Below are positions 20,281 to 29,414 of a stretch of DNA of 64,000 nucleotides, in pieces. Under the pieces are notes generated by a model. The model had not been told where the DNA came from, ran no database searches, and worked only from the letters and a program-made list of their open reading frames with translations. Origin of the DNA: an uncultured archaeon (lineage in GTDB: Archaea; Asgardarchaeota; Lokiarchaeia; Sigyniarchaeales; SOKP01); NCBI GenBank assembly GCA_964486045.1, contig CAZALK010000004.1:224001-288000 (forward strand), in the 5' to 3' direction. How positions within the stretch are numbered: the first letter of the stretch is position 1; every line of letters starts with the position of its first letter. The position numbers and the translations under genes are program-made.

Positions 20281-21507
20281 TTAGAGATCTCTTGAAAAGA
20301 CATGCATTACGTTGGTAAAACCCAAGCCTGGTTGTCCTAAAGTATGTTGAAGTCCCAGATCGAGATGTTTATCAGGAACTTGACGTTTTGCGCATTCTTT
20401 ATTCTTTGTCATTTGCCAATGTATTTCTACAATCTGTCGTACTCCTGTTGCTCCAAGTGGATGACCAACTGACAATAAACCACCACTGGGATTAATAGGA
20501 AGGTCTCCATCTATCTCAACAACTCCATCATTTATCATATCAGCACCTTCACCTTTTTTGCAGAAGCCAAAATCTTCATAATGGACAAATTCTGAGACAG
20601 AAAAACAATCGTGACATTCAACAAAACCTCGGTCATAAAAATCTTTAGCCTCAACTTTAGCCATTTTGTAGACTTTCTGTGCAGTTAAATAATCTGTAAG
20701 AAAACCTGGCGGGTAAGCACTTCCCGTCTTTTCGAACCAAGCTCTTTCATTTGCTCCTCCATAATTACTCCCCATAGCACTCCCTTTAACCCAAATAGGA
20801 GTGTCTATATGATGCTCTTTGACGTAATCTTCACTCATAAGAACCACCGCCGCGGCTCCATCTGTTCGTGGGCAACACTGAGATCTGGTTAATGGATCAT
20901 TTATCATAACATCATCTAAAACCTCATCTAACGTCATGGGATTTTGATATTCTGCTTTGGGATTTTTTGAGCCATTTCTTCTACTTTTAACTGTTATATT
21001 GGCAAAATCTTCCACTTTTGTTCCGTACATCTTCATGTGTACTCGACCCATCAAGGCAAAACCGGCTGCCATACCACCACCGCCACCCCCACCACCTGCC
21101 ATAAAAGAACCATGAGCGAAAGCTTTTGCTTCAATCTGAAACCTGGTTCCACCTCCAACCATACCCATGGATACATCTTTCATTTTTTCGATTCCCATTG
21201 CCAATGAACAGTCACTCAAACCAGAAGCTACATCCATATAAGCTAATCTGAATGCATTTGAACCGGAGCTACAAGCGTTAACTGCTCTAGTAATTGGAAT
21301 CCCAATCATCCCACTTTCATTTATGATTTCATGACCGACTCCTACGCCACCACAACTGCCATAATAAGCACTCTGGACCAGTTTACGATCAATCCCTGCA
21401 TTTTCAATGGCATCCAATACTGCAGGTCTACCAATTTCTTGATATAAAAGTGCATCGAGTCTTCCAAAAGGAGACATTCCCGCACCCACTACTGCTACAT
21501 TTCTCAT
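20281..21507 (-). CDS. SCP2/SCP-x-type thiolase
   Basis: 'NACSSG', 'ECHDCFS', 'NPSGGLLSVGHPLGATG'; start reassigned to 'MRNVAVVG' at 21507. Confidence 0.9.
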   Translation of the reverse strand: MRNVAVVGAGMSPFGRLDALLYQEIGRPAVLDAIENAGIDRKLVQSAYYGSCGGVGVGHEIINESGMIGIPITRAVNACSSGSNAFRLAYMDVASGLSDCSLAMGIEKMKDVSMGMVGGGTRFQIEAKAFAHGSFMAGGGGGGGGMAAGFALMGRVHMKMYGTKVEDFANITVKSRRNGSKNPKAEYQNPMTLDEVLDDVMINDPLTRSQCCPRTDGAAAVVLMSEDYVKEHHIDTPIWVKGSAMGSNYGGANERAWFEKTGSAYPPGFLTDYLTAQKVYKMAKVEAKDFYDRGFVECHDCFSVSEFVHYEDFGFCKKGEGADMINDGVVEIDGDLPINPSGGLLSVGHPLGATGVRQIVEIHWQMTKNKECAKRQVPDKHLDLGLQHTLGQPGLGFTNVMHVFSRDL

Positions 21508-21511
21508 TTTT

Positions 21512-21898
21512 TTAATCCTCCGCGAGTTTAAATAAGTTATACTTCTCAATAGGTAATAACTCTACTTTTTGCCCAATTTCAAGACTATCAATACTTTTTA
21601 CATCAAATGATCCACTTACACCAATAGAATCTTCCCCATTATCAGAAAAAAGTCTGACAGCACCAAAAAATGTTTGTTTATCATCTGCTTTCCTTTTATA
21701 AGATGACGAAAAGGTTGTAATAACCCCCTTAGGTCCAAATACAACCTCTGTAAAATCGGTACCTTGACATTTATTACAGTAAGTCCTTGGTGGATTTCTA
21801 ACATTTCCACAATTGTTACATCGTCTAACTCTTATTTTATTTCCTAATCTTGTTGGAACTTTTACACGTGTTATTAGACTTTCTTGAATACTTTTCAT
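21512..21898 (-). CDS. DUF35 Zn-ribbon/OB-fold thiolase partner
   Basis: 'CNNCGNVRNPPRTYCNKC' plus OB fold, directly upstream of the thiolase. Confidence 0.85.
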   Translation of the reverse strand: MKSIQESLITRVKVPTRLGNKIRVRRCNNCGNVRNPPRTYCNKCQGTDFTEVVFGPKGVITTFSSSYKRKADDKQTFFGAVRLFSDNGEDSIGVSGSFDVKSIDSLEIGQKVELLPIEKYNLFKLAED

Positions 21899-22019
21899 AA
21901 TAGTTTCCCTTAAATTAATTCTAGTTTAGTATATGACTTTTTTATTCATAAAATTTTCTATAGTGTTTCAGTTGAAAAAAACTATAGAACTTATAAAACT
22001 TACAATTTTCTTTTATATA

Positions 22020-22211
22020 CTATTTATTTTGATATTTTGGCTTTCTTCCTTGCGAAATATCCATAAGCCACTCAGCAAAATCCTCCGTTGAGGAAACTAC
22101 ACCATATCCATAGGCATCTAATTCAAGAGCAATATCCATTGGAAGAGATGCTCCAAAGGTGACCATTTGTTTTGCGATTCCAACACCTATGGGGGCACAA
22201 TTATTTAGCAA
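22020..22211 (-). pseudogene. C-terminal remnant of an enoyl-CoA hydratase
   Basis: 'APIGVGIAKQMV...MDIALELDA...STEDFAE...RKPKY' is a crotonase C-terminus; no catalytic core upstream. Confidence 0.7.
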
Positions 22212-22287
22212 AAACGAAGAAATAAAGAAAATACTAAACTAAAAATGGATGTAATAATTTAAGACCAATTATTAGATGAATGAATAA

Positions 22288-23340
22288 TTGGTCTTATTTT
22301 TGCATAAATTAAACTCTGAAACACGTGAAATTGATGGCGTATTTCGATTTCAAATCGATTTTCCTACCTCATATGGGTTAAAATTTGTGTGCATTTATTT
22401 AATTAAAATTGAAGACAAAAATGTGTTAATTGATGCCGGATTAAATTTCCCAGATTGGGAGAAAATTTTTTTTTCAGAACTTCAAAAATTGAATTTATCT
22501 ATCGGAGATATCGATTACTTAATAGTCACACATGGACATCCCGATCATTTAGGTGTTATGAATACTTTAAAAACCAAGAATCCAGACGTTCAAATTTTAA
22601 TGCATGAACTTACTCAGGAAAGTATTGCATGGATGAAAAACACTGATAATCTAGATGAAAAAAGTAAGAGAGCAGAAGAAATGTCGAAACAAATGATGAT
22701 GTACGGTGTTAGCGAAAAACAAGGTAAAAGGATTATGCAGTTTCTTACTGCAATGCGAAGCTTCACAGAATTCCAAGAACCTGATAGAATTTTACTCGAC
22801 AATGAAGAAATCTCTATAGGTAGCAACATATTAAAAATAATTTGGACCCCTGGTCATTCATTAGGTCATATTTGCATTTTTAATGAAAATACTTCTCATT
22901 TATTTGCAGGAGATCATATTCTTTCTAGAATAACTCCGCATATCGGGAGTTTTATGGTCCCTGTGGATATCTCAGCAAATTATCAAAACTATGATTTCAA
23001 TAATATTTTGAAATATTATTTAAAATCTTTGGATCGGATAGATGAGCTAGATCCTAAAATTATTTTTCCTGCTCATCAAGATGTTATATATAATTCCCAT
23101 GAACGTATATTAGAAATGAAAGCTCATCATCAAAGTAGGTTAATTGAAATTTCTCGGTTAATTGAAAATAACCCATTAACTCCTTATGAAATCTCTCAAA
23201 TTCATTTTGGAGATGAATTAGACGAGATAAATACCTTTTTAGGTCTTGGTGAAATTCTAAGCCATCTCATTTATCTGGAAAATCAAGATAAAGTAAAAAG
23301 AATTGAGAAAAATAATAGAATCTATTTTTTAAAAATCTGA
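22288..23340 (+). CDS. MBL-fold metallo-hydrolase
   Basis: 'THGHPDH', 'TPGHSLGH', 'AGDHIL', 'FPAHQ'. Confidence 0.9.
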   Translation: MVLFLHKLNSETREIDGVFRFQIDFPTSYGLKFVCIYLIKIEDKNVLIDAGLNFPDWEKIFFSELQKLNLSIGDIDYLIVTHGHPDHLGVMNTLKTKNPDVQILMHELTQESIAWMKNTDNLDEKSKRAEEMSKQMMMYGVSEKQGKRIMQFLTAMRSFTEFQEPDRILLDNEEISIGSNILKIIWTPGHSLGHICIFNENTSHLFAGDHILSRITPHIGSFMVPVDISANYQNYDFNNILKYYLKSLDRIDELDPKIIFPAHQDVIYNSHERILEMKAHHQSRLIEISRLIENNPLTPYEISQIHFGDELDEINTFLGLGEILSHLIYLENQDKVKRIEKNNRIYFLKI

Positions 23341-23343
23341 TAG

Positions 23344-24189
23344 TTATTCTTCAAATGATTGCAAAATGGCATCGAATCGTTTTTTTACTTGCTCTTTCCA
23401 AAATGAATCATTATGAGTGAAAATATATAATTTCTCCTTTTTAATCGCTTGGAATACAATATCTGCTACTTGATCAGGTAGAAGCATAGGAGATCCTTCC
23501 ATTAACCTTTGTATTTCCTCTGCCCTTTCCTCACTCCTCCCTTCAGGGGATAATAACTCTTTTCTCCGTTTTTCAGATATACGGCTAAGAGCAGATAAAA
23601 ATATATTGGTCTTAACAAATCCGGGACATAGAACTGAAACTTTAATATTTGGTCCATTTTCCTCCAATTCAAAGGCTAGTCTTTCTGTAAGGTGCATTAA
23701 AGCATGTTTACAAACTCCATATGTAGCACCTCCAACTCCGTTAGAAATTACTCCTTCAATTGATGAAGTATTTACAATATGACATTCATTACCTTGTTTG
23801 AGCATGATGGGAATGAACGTACGTATGCCATGAATTACTCCCCACAAATTCACCCCTAAAACCTGTTCCCATTCTTTTAGATCATATTCCCATACCAAAT
23901 TCGGTACTGCAATTCCAGCATTGTTGAACAGTAAATTTACTTCTCCAAAGGTTTCTATTGTTTGTTTCGCTAAATCTTCAACTGCATTAGCTTTTGAAAC
24001 GTCTACTACAACTGAAAGAACTTGCGTTCTTTCCCGTTTGAATTTTCTTTCTAACCTTTTTAAACGTCTCTCATCTATATCTGATATAACTACCTTCATT
24101 CCTTCTATAGCACATTTTTCGGCTAACCCTTGTCCTATGCCACTAGCCGCTCCAGTGATTACTGCTACCTTATCCTTAAATTCTTTCAT
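23344..24189 (-). CDS. Short-chain dehydrogenase/reductase
   Basis: 'TGAASGIG', 'NNAG', 'YGVCK' (YxxxK); start reassigned to 'MKEFKDK' at 24189. Confidence 0.9.
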   Translation of the reverse strand: MKEFKDKVAVITGAASGIGQGLAEKCAIEGMKVVISDIDERRLKRLERKFKRERTQVLSVVVDVSKANAVEDLAKQTIETFGEVNLLFNNAGIAVPNLVWEYDLKEWEQVLGVNLWGVIHGIRTFIPIMLKQGNECHIVNTSSIEGVISNGVGGATYGVCKHALMHLTERLAFELEENGPNIKVSVLCPGFVKTNIFLSALSRISEKRRKELLSPEGRSEERAEEIQRLMEGSPMLLPDQVADIVFQAIKKEKLYIFTHNDSFWKEQVKKRFDAILQSFEE

Positions 24190-24332
24190 ATTAAGTATAT
24201 CATCTATATTCAATAAAAAGCTTATTCCATGCATCTCAAAACTAATCAATCCTTATTAAGAGTGAAAGATAATTAGTTATTTAATAAAATATCAATTTTC
24301 TGTAAAAACAAATTTAACGATCACGATTAATT

Positions 24333-25352
24333 ATGAAAGCGGCAGTTTTTTATGGACCACGAGATATCAAAACAGAAGAAGTGGTGGATTACAAGATTCT
24401 AGATAACGAAATCCTTATAAAAGTTAAAGCTTGTGGAATTTGTGGTTCAGATTTGCATATGTATAAATTGAATCTTTTTTCTATGATACTTGTAAAACCT
24501 TCAAAGAATGGGGGAATCCCCGGTCATGAATTTAGTGGTGAGATTGTAAAAGTAGGAAGTAAAGTCAAGGGATTTATGGAAGGAGATAGAGTTGTCGCAC
24601 TTACTAATGGGGGTATGGCTGAATACGTATCTGTTCCCATTATGGATGGCCTTAATATTATAAAATTACCCTCTGGTGTTAGTTACGAGGAGGCAGCAAC
24701 ACTCGAACCCTTAGCAAATTCTTATCATGCAATGATGAGGGGTAAACCTTTTAAAGGTGCGAATATTGTTATTTTTGGTGTAGGTGCAATAGGATTAGGT
24801 ATAATCCAATGCTTGAGAGCGCTTAGTATAGACGTAAATAAGATAATTGCAATAGATTTATCAGATCATCGTTTAGATGTTGCTAAAAAGTTTGGTGCTG
24901 ATGAAATTATTAATTCCAAAGGGATAGATCCCATTCCAAAAGTTACAAAAATTGTGGGTAGTGTTCCCCTTTTTGGATCCCCCTTATTAAAGATGCCTAA
25001 AGTCGACATTGTGTATGACTGTGTAGGTTACATGAAAGAATATAAAGGACCTATAGTTCTCCAGCAATCTATAAACATGGTTCGTGATAAAACAGGTACT
25101 ATCGTGGTCCACGGGATATTCGAGGATAGTGTCTCTTTAGATCTAGTTTTTATGGTTGGTAAAGAAGTGACAATTAAGGGATCATTTGCGTTTTCTCGAG
25201 AAGAGCTCGAAAAAAGTTTAGAATTAATGCAGAACAAACAAATTGATAGAACTCAAATTATTTCTCATGAATTTTCTATAGATGAAGCAAATAAAGCTTT
25301 TGAAACTCAATGTAACACAGAGGAATCATTAAAGGTTCTAATAAAACCTTAA
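24333..25352 (+). CDS. Zn-dependent alcohol dehydrogenase (MDR family, no structural-Zn Cys cluster)
   Basis: 'CGICGSD', 'GHEFSG', 'EPLA', 'GVGAIG'. Confidence 0.9.
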   Translation: MKAAVFYGPRDIKTEEVVDYKILDNEILIKVKACGICGSDLHMYKLNLFSMILVKPSKNGGIPGHEFSGEIVKVGSKVKGFMEGDRVVALTNGGMAEYVSVPIMDGLNIIKLPSGVSYEEAATLEPLANSYHAMMRGKPFKGANIVIFGVGAIGLGIIQCLRALSIDVNKIIAIDLSDHRLDVAKKFGADEIINSKGIDPIPKVTKIVGSVPLFGSPLLKMPKVDIVYDCVGYMKEYKGPIVLQQSINMVRDKTGTIVVHGIFEDSVSLDLVFMVGKEVTIKGSFAFSREELEKSLELMQNKQIDRTQIISHEFSIDEANKAFETQCNTEESLKVLIKP

Positions 25353-25469
25353 TTTTTTTTAGAAAATATTATACTTAAAAATTAAGCATTTTTTGGTTCA
25401 TTTATCTTATTTATTTTTCTTGTTTCCTTTAATTGTTTTTTAATAAATTTAAAGTAAATAAATTTAGAG

Positions 25470-25660
25470 CTATGAATCAAATGCTTTAAGAATTCCATCA
25501 AATCGTTCTTTAACTCGGCTTTTCATAAATATATCTTTATGAGTAAGAATGTAGAATCTTTCTGCTTTTATTTCTTTCATTATAATCTCAGCAGCTTTTT
25601 CTGGAGAGATAGTAAGTGATTGTTTTAAAGCTTCTTCAACATCAAAATCTAATTTTGAGT
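25470..25660 (-). pseudogene. C-terminal remnant of an SDR
   Basis: Hand translation '...TISPEKAAEIIMKEIKAERFYILTHKDIFMKSRVKERFDGILKAFDS*' aligns with the 23344..24189 C-terminus ('PDQVADIVFQAIKKEKLYIFTH...VKKRFDAILQSFEE'). Confidence 0.8.
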
Positions 25661-25679
25661 AAATTACTTTTTCTAATTA

Positions 25680-26585
25680 TTACATGTAATCTTCGATATT
25701 TATTCCATGTTTATGAAAGTGCTCCCTAAAGGTGTTACCTCGATTTTTTATCCCTTCTGTTAAGAAATTCTCATATTGTTGTGGATCCTTCCCTTTCAAA
25801 GCCAAGATTTCGAGATAAAAAGGATTATCAAAAACATATAATTGATTCTTTTCAATTCCCTCAAGATATTTTTCTACAGCATCGTCAGGTGAAATGGCAC
25901 CTTCGGCAACAGTACCCATCAGGGATTGATAAGCTTCATCTAATTTTTCTTTGCCAAAATCTTTTAAAAGCTTTGGAGGATATTGTATCTTATCAGTATC
26001 AATATTAAGTATGTTAGTTTTTATCCATGCTGGTACAATAACAGATACGTTTATACCAAGATTATTAAGACGTGCAAAAAAAGTTTCTGATAGTCCTACT
26101 ACACCAAATTTAGCCGCGATATATGGAAGTGGTTCTGCCATACCTAAAATACCGGCTCCTGAGGCTACATTTGCTATATGTCCAGATCGTCTTTTAACCA
26201 TGCGCGGTAAAAATGCCTTCATAGAATGGATTATACTCCATAAATCCGTATCGATTACTTTCTTCCAGACCTTTAAATCGATATTGAGCATATCCCCATC
26301 CATAGCAATTCCCGCATTGTTTATTAGAAGATCTACATCTTGAAATTTGTTATAAAATTCATCAGCAGATCTTTCAAAATCTTCATATATCGATACGTCA
26401 CACTTACTCGTAAACACCTTAACATCCTCATTTTCAGCTTCTTTCTTAACTTTTTCTAGCCCCTCAATGTTAATATCCGTGAGAAAGAGATTCATTCCCC
26501 GTTTCGCTAAAGCAAGAGCAAACGAACGTCCGATACCACTGGCTGCTCCAGTTATAAAGCCATTTTTATCTTTAAAATCCTTCAT
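25680..26585 (-). CDS. Short-chain dehydrogenase/reductase
   Basis: 'TGAASGIG', 'NNAG', 'YIAAK'. Confidence 0.9.
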   Translation of the reverse strand: MKDFKDKNGFITGAASGIGRSFALALAKRGMNLFLTDINIEGLEKVKKEAENEDVKVFTSKCDVSIYEDFERSADEFYNKFQDVDLLINNAGIAMDGDMLNIDLKVWKKVIDTDLWSIIHSMKAFLPRMVKRRSGHIANVASGAGILGMAEPLPYIAAKFGVVGLSETFFARLNNLGINVSVIVPAWIKTNILNIDTDKIQYPPKLLKDFGKEKLDEAYQSLMGTVAEGAISPDDAVEKYLEGIEKNQLYVFDNPFYLEILALKGKDPQQYENFLTEGIKNRGNTFREHFHKHGINIEDYM

Positions 26586-26779
26586 AGTTTTTCATTCCTA
26601 TTTTGACATTAATTTATGAAAAATGAAGTTAGGCATAAAAAGTTTTAAAATGTCTACATCAAGCGATTAGTTGAAAAGTTTTTAATTGATAGAATGAAAT
26701 TTGAAGTGTGTCTAATAGTCTTCTATATTGATAATCTGTTTAAAAAATTAAAATCTTAAAATAAAAAAAAAAAAGAATT

Positions 26780-27232
26780 TTAAGGAAGTACTACTTCCTT
26801 TTCACCCATATAATAAAAAATCGCTGTTAACAGACTCCCAATGATCCCTCCATAAAATCCTGCATCAAACCACCACCACCATTCCTCATCTGTCGCAATT
26901 GCAGCAAAAATTATCCCACCTATGATTGAAAGAATAAAAGCGCCAACGGCAGAGTATAATCCATACTTAACATATTTTTTATCAGGGATTTTTTCCGGAA
27001 ATTTAAGCACCAGAATAGAAATAATCATGCTGTAGAGAAGCAAAAATGCCGTTATGATTATTGGTACACCTGACACCCCAGAGAATGCTCCTACTCCCCC
27101 CCACATATAAACACCAAGATAATAATTAGAACCGTTGAAACCACCAAAATCAGTAGCAAGAAGTAGTATTGCTCCCACTGCACTTGTTATTAAAGCACCT
27201 ACAAAAAAAGTTACAGACCTATTTTCTGACAT
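26780..27232 (-). CDS. Hypothetical membrane protein (about 4 TM)
   Basis: Four hydrophobic Gly-rich segments, 'WWWWFDAGFYGG'; likely ATG at 27232. Confidence 0.7.
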   Translation of the reverse strand: MSENRSVTFFVGALITSAVGAILLLATDFGGFNGSNYYLGVYMWGGVGAFSGVSGVPIIITAFLLLYSMIISILVLKFPEKIPDKKYVKYGLYSAVGAFILSIIGGIIFAAIATDEEWWWWFDAGFYGGIIGSLLTAIFYYMGEKEVVLP

Positions 27233-27333
27233 TTTGATCAATTTTTAATTTTGATTCTTTTTTAATATTTGATAATAAAGTTGAGTTATTAAATTATTTA
27301 AAGATTTATTTTATGTTATTAAAATGGGCAAAA

Positions 27334-28257
27334 CTAAAAATTACCCGCTTCTACAGCATCTTTAGAAACGATTTGTATTGTAGATTCAATGATTTTATAC
27401 TTATTAGACAAAAATTCGTTGATCTTTGAAATCAAATCTTCTTGATTTGAAGTAACCATTTCATTCTTTAATTTTATATGCGATGAATATACAGTCATAT
27501 TTGGTATAATTGTCCAAAGATGGGAATCAAAAAAGTCAAGAATTTCAGGAAAATTAGTCTTTAAATCTTCGGTGATTGTTTCAATATCCATTCCCTTTGG
27601 TGCCATTTCAAGCAATATTCGAGTAGAATCTCTTAATATCCTCCACGACCAATAAATAATTACAGCAGATATGCCTAAGCTCACAATAGGGTCAAGAATA
27701 ACGATTCCTGTAAAAATTATAATTATAGCTACAATAACAATGCCTATTGAAGAAGCAGCATCTGCAATCATATGGTAAAAAACACTTTTAACATTTAGGC
27801 TGGTTTTATGAGTACTCTGAAGAATTAGAACGCTTGTTATGTTTACAGCTAATCCAATAAAAGCTACAATAAGCATATAAAAGCCAAATATTTCTTGAGG
27901 ATTTAAAAATCGAAGGATTGCTTCAAAGATGATTATCCCTACAATCGGAATAAGAAATAAACCGTTTATAAAAGCGGCTAATACTTCTGCTCGATATAAT
28001 CCAAAAGTTTTACGATGACTTGCGGGTTTTTTAGAGATCCAATTAGCTAACAAACTAATGCTAATAGCGAAAACATGTGTAAACATATGACCGGAATCGC
28101 TAAATAATGCTATACTATTGGTGATAAAACCCCCTATAATTTCTACTATCATGACAACAGCAGTAATTATAAGAGATAAAAGTAATCTTCTTCTTTCTAC
28201 AGAGCGAAATTGAAACAAATGACCAGTATAAGCACTTTTGGCATCGGTATCTTCCAT
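27334..28257 (-). CDS. Cation diffusion facilitator (CzcD/ZitB-like)
   Basis: 'SIALFSDSGHMFTH', 'TFGLYRAEVLAAFING', 'HMIAD'; start reassigned to 'MEDTDAK' at 28257. Confidence 0.9.
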   Translation of the reverse strand: MEDTDAKSAYTGHLFQFRSVERRRLLLSLIITAVVMIVEIIGGFITNSIALFSDSGHMFTHVFAISISLLANWISKKPASHRKTFGLYRAEVLAAFINGLFLIPIVGIIIFEAILRFLNPQEIFGFYMLIVAFIGLAVNITSVLILQSTHKTSLNVKSVFYHMIADAASSIGIVIVAIIIIFTGIVILDPIVSLGISAVIIYWSWRILRDSTRILLEMAPKGMDIETITEDLKTNFPEILDFFDSHLWTIIPNMTVYSSHIKLKNEMVTSNQEDLISKINEFLSNKYKIIESTIQIVSKDAVEAGNF

Positions 28258-28262
28258 ATCAA

Positions 28263-29393
28263 TCAAGTTTTTTTCTTTTTTTCTCGATTTTTTTTGGTAA
28301 CACAATAAACTGGACCTTTTCTCATGACTACTAAGCAAGAACTACAACTTTTGCATTTTGCTGGTGAAATATCACCACTTTTCCAACGATTAGGTAGATC
28401 AGGTTCGTATATTAAAGGACGACACATCGAAATAAAATCTGCATATTGGTCATCTAGTATTTTTTCTGCAGCGAGGGGATTTTTAATGCCTCCAACCAGA
28501 ATTAATTTTGTATTATTTATAAGAGGTTTTATCAATTTAGCTGTAGGTAAAAAATAGTTTTCACCCTCCGATGATTTAATCGTTTTGCTAGGATAGGGAT
28601 TTCTATGGGTTAATTGACTTTCATAAATTCCTCCACTAGGTTCAATAGCATCAAAACCAGTATCGGCAAGAATCTTGGCTATTTTTGAACTCGTACCTAA
28701 TGTAAGCCCTCCAGGTACCAAATCGTCAGTTTGGAGTTTGACTGTTATAGGGAATTCTTTTCCAAGCTCATCTCTGGTTTGATGGAAGATTTCTACAAGT
28801 ATTTTAGCCATATTTTCAATACTTCCCCCAAATTCATCTGTTCGTCTATTTGTATAAGGTGATAGGAAATTACTTAGCAGGTAGCCATGAGCAGCGTGGA
28901 GTTGGACCATATCATACTCGCATTCGTAGGCTCTAACAGAAGTTTCTTTATATTTTTTAATAAGTTCGTAAATTTCTTTAATACTTAGTTCTTTTGGTGT
29001 TGAACCCGTCGTCTTTTCTGGAATCGGAGAAGGTGCAACGGAAGGGAATTTTGGATGCTCACCTTGCCGCCCCATATGAGCAATCTGCATAGCTAGTTTG
29101 ACATCTGGTTGATCATGAACTAAATTCACTAATTTTTTGTGACCTGGAATATAGGAATCATTATCTAATCGAAGTTGATATGGGCTTCCTGTCGCACTCG
29201 GATCAATTCCGGTAAATCCAGTTATAATTAAACCTGTTCCACCGCGTGCTAAATCATTGTAAAAATCTAGTATTTTTTGACCAACATATCCATATTTTTC
29301 AGCTCTATGCTCAAAAGTAGCAGACCTGACAATTCTATTACTAATCAAAACGTTCCCAATTCTTTGTGGACTGAATAGCGTTTTTAATTTCAT
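28263..29393 (-). CDS. NADH:flavin oxidoreductase (Old Yellow Enzyme family)
   Basis: 'NRIVRSAT', 'QLHAAHGYLLSNFLSP', 'RTDEFGG', 'RPLIYEPDLP', C-terminal 'CKSCSSC'. Confidence 0.9.
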   Translation of the reverse strand: MKLKTLFSPQRIGNVLISNRIVRSATFEHRAEKYGYVGQKILDFYNDLARGGTGLIITGFTGIDPSATGSPYQLRLDNDSYIPGHKKLVNLVHDQPDVKLAMQIAHMGRQGEHPKFPSVAPSPIPEKTTGSTPKELSIKEIYELIKKYKETSVRAYECEYDMVQLHAAHGYLLSNFLSPYTNRRTDEFGGSIENMAKILVEIFHQTRDELGKEFPITVKLQTDDLVPGGLTLGTSSKIAKILADTGFDAIEPSGGIYESQLTHRNPYPSKTIKSSEGENYFLPTAKLIKPLINNTKLILVGGIKNPLAAEKILDDQYADFISMCRPLIYEPDLPNRWKSGDISPAKCKSCSSCLVVMRKGPVYCVTKKNREKKKKT

Positions 29394-29414
29394 TTTTATC
29401 TTGATCTTTATCAT

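Noticed and set aside
25674-25682. Stop read-through joining SDR 25680..26585 to the in-frame tail
   Set aside because: Two consecutive TAA codons, and the upstream SDR already has its own complete C-terminus
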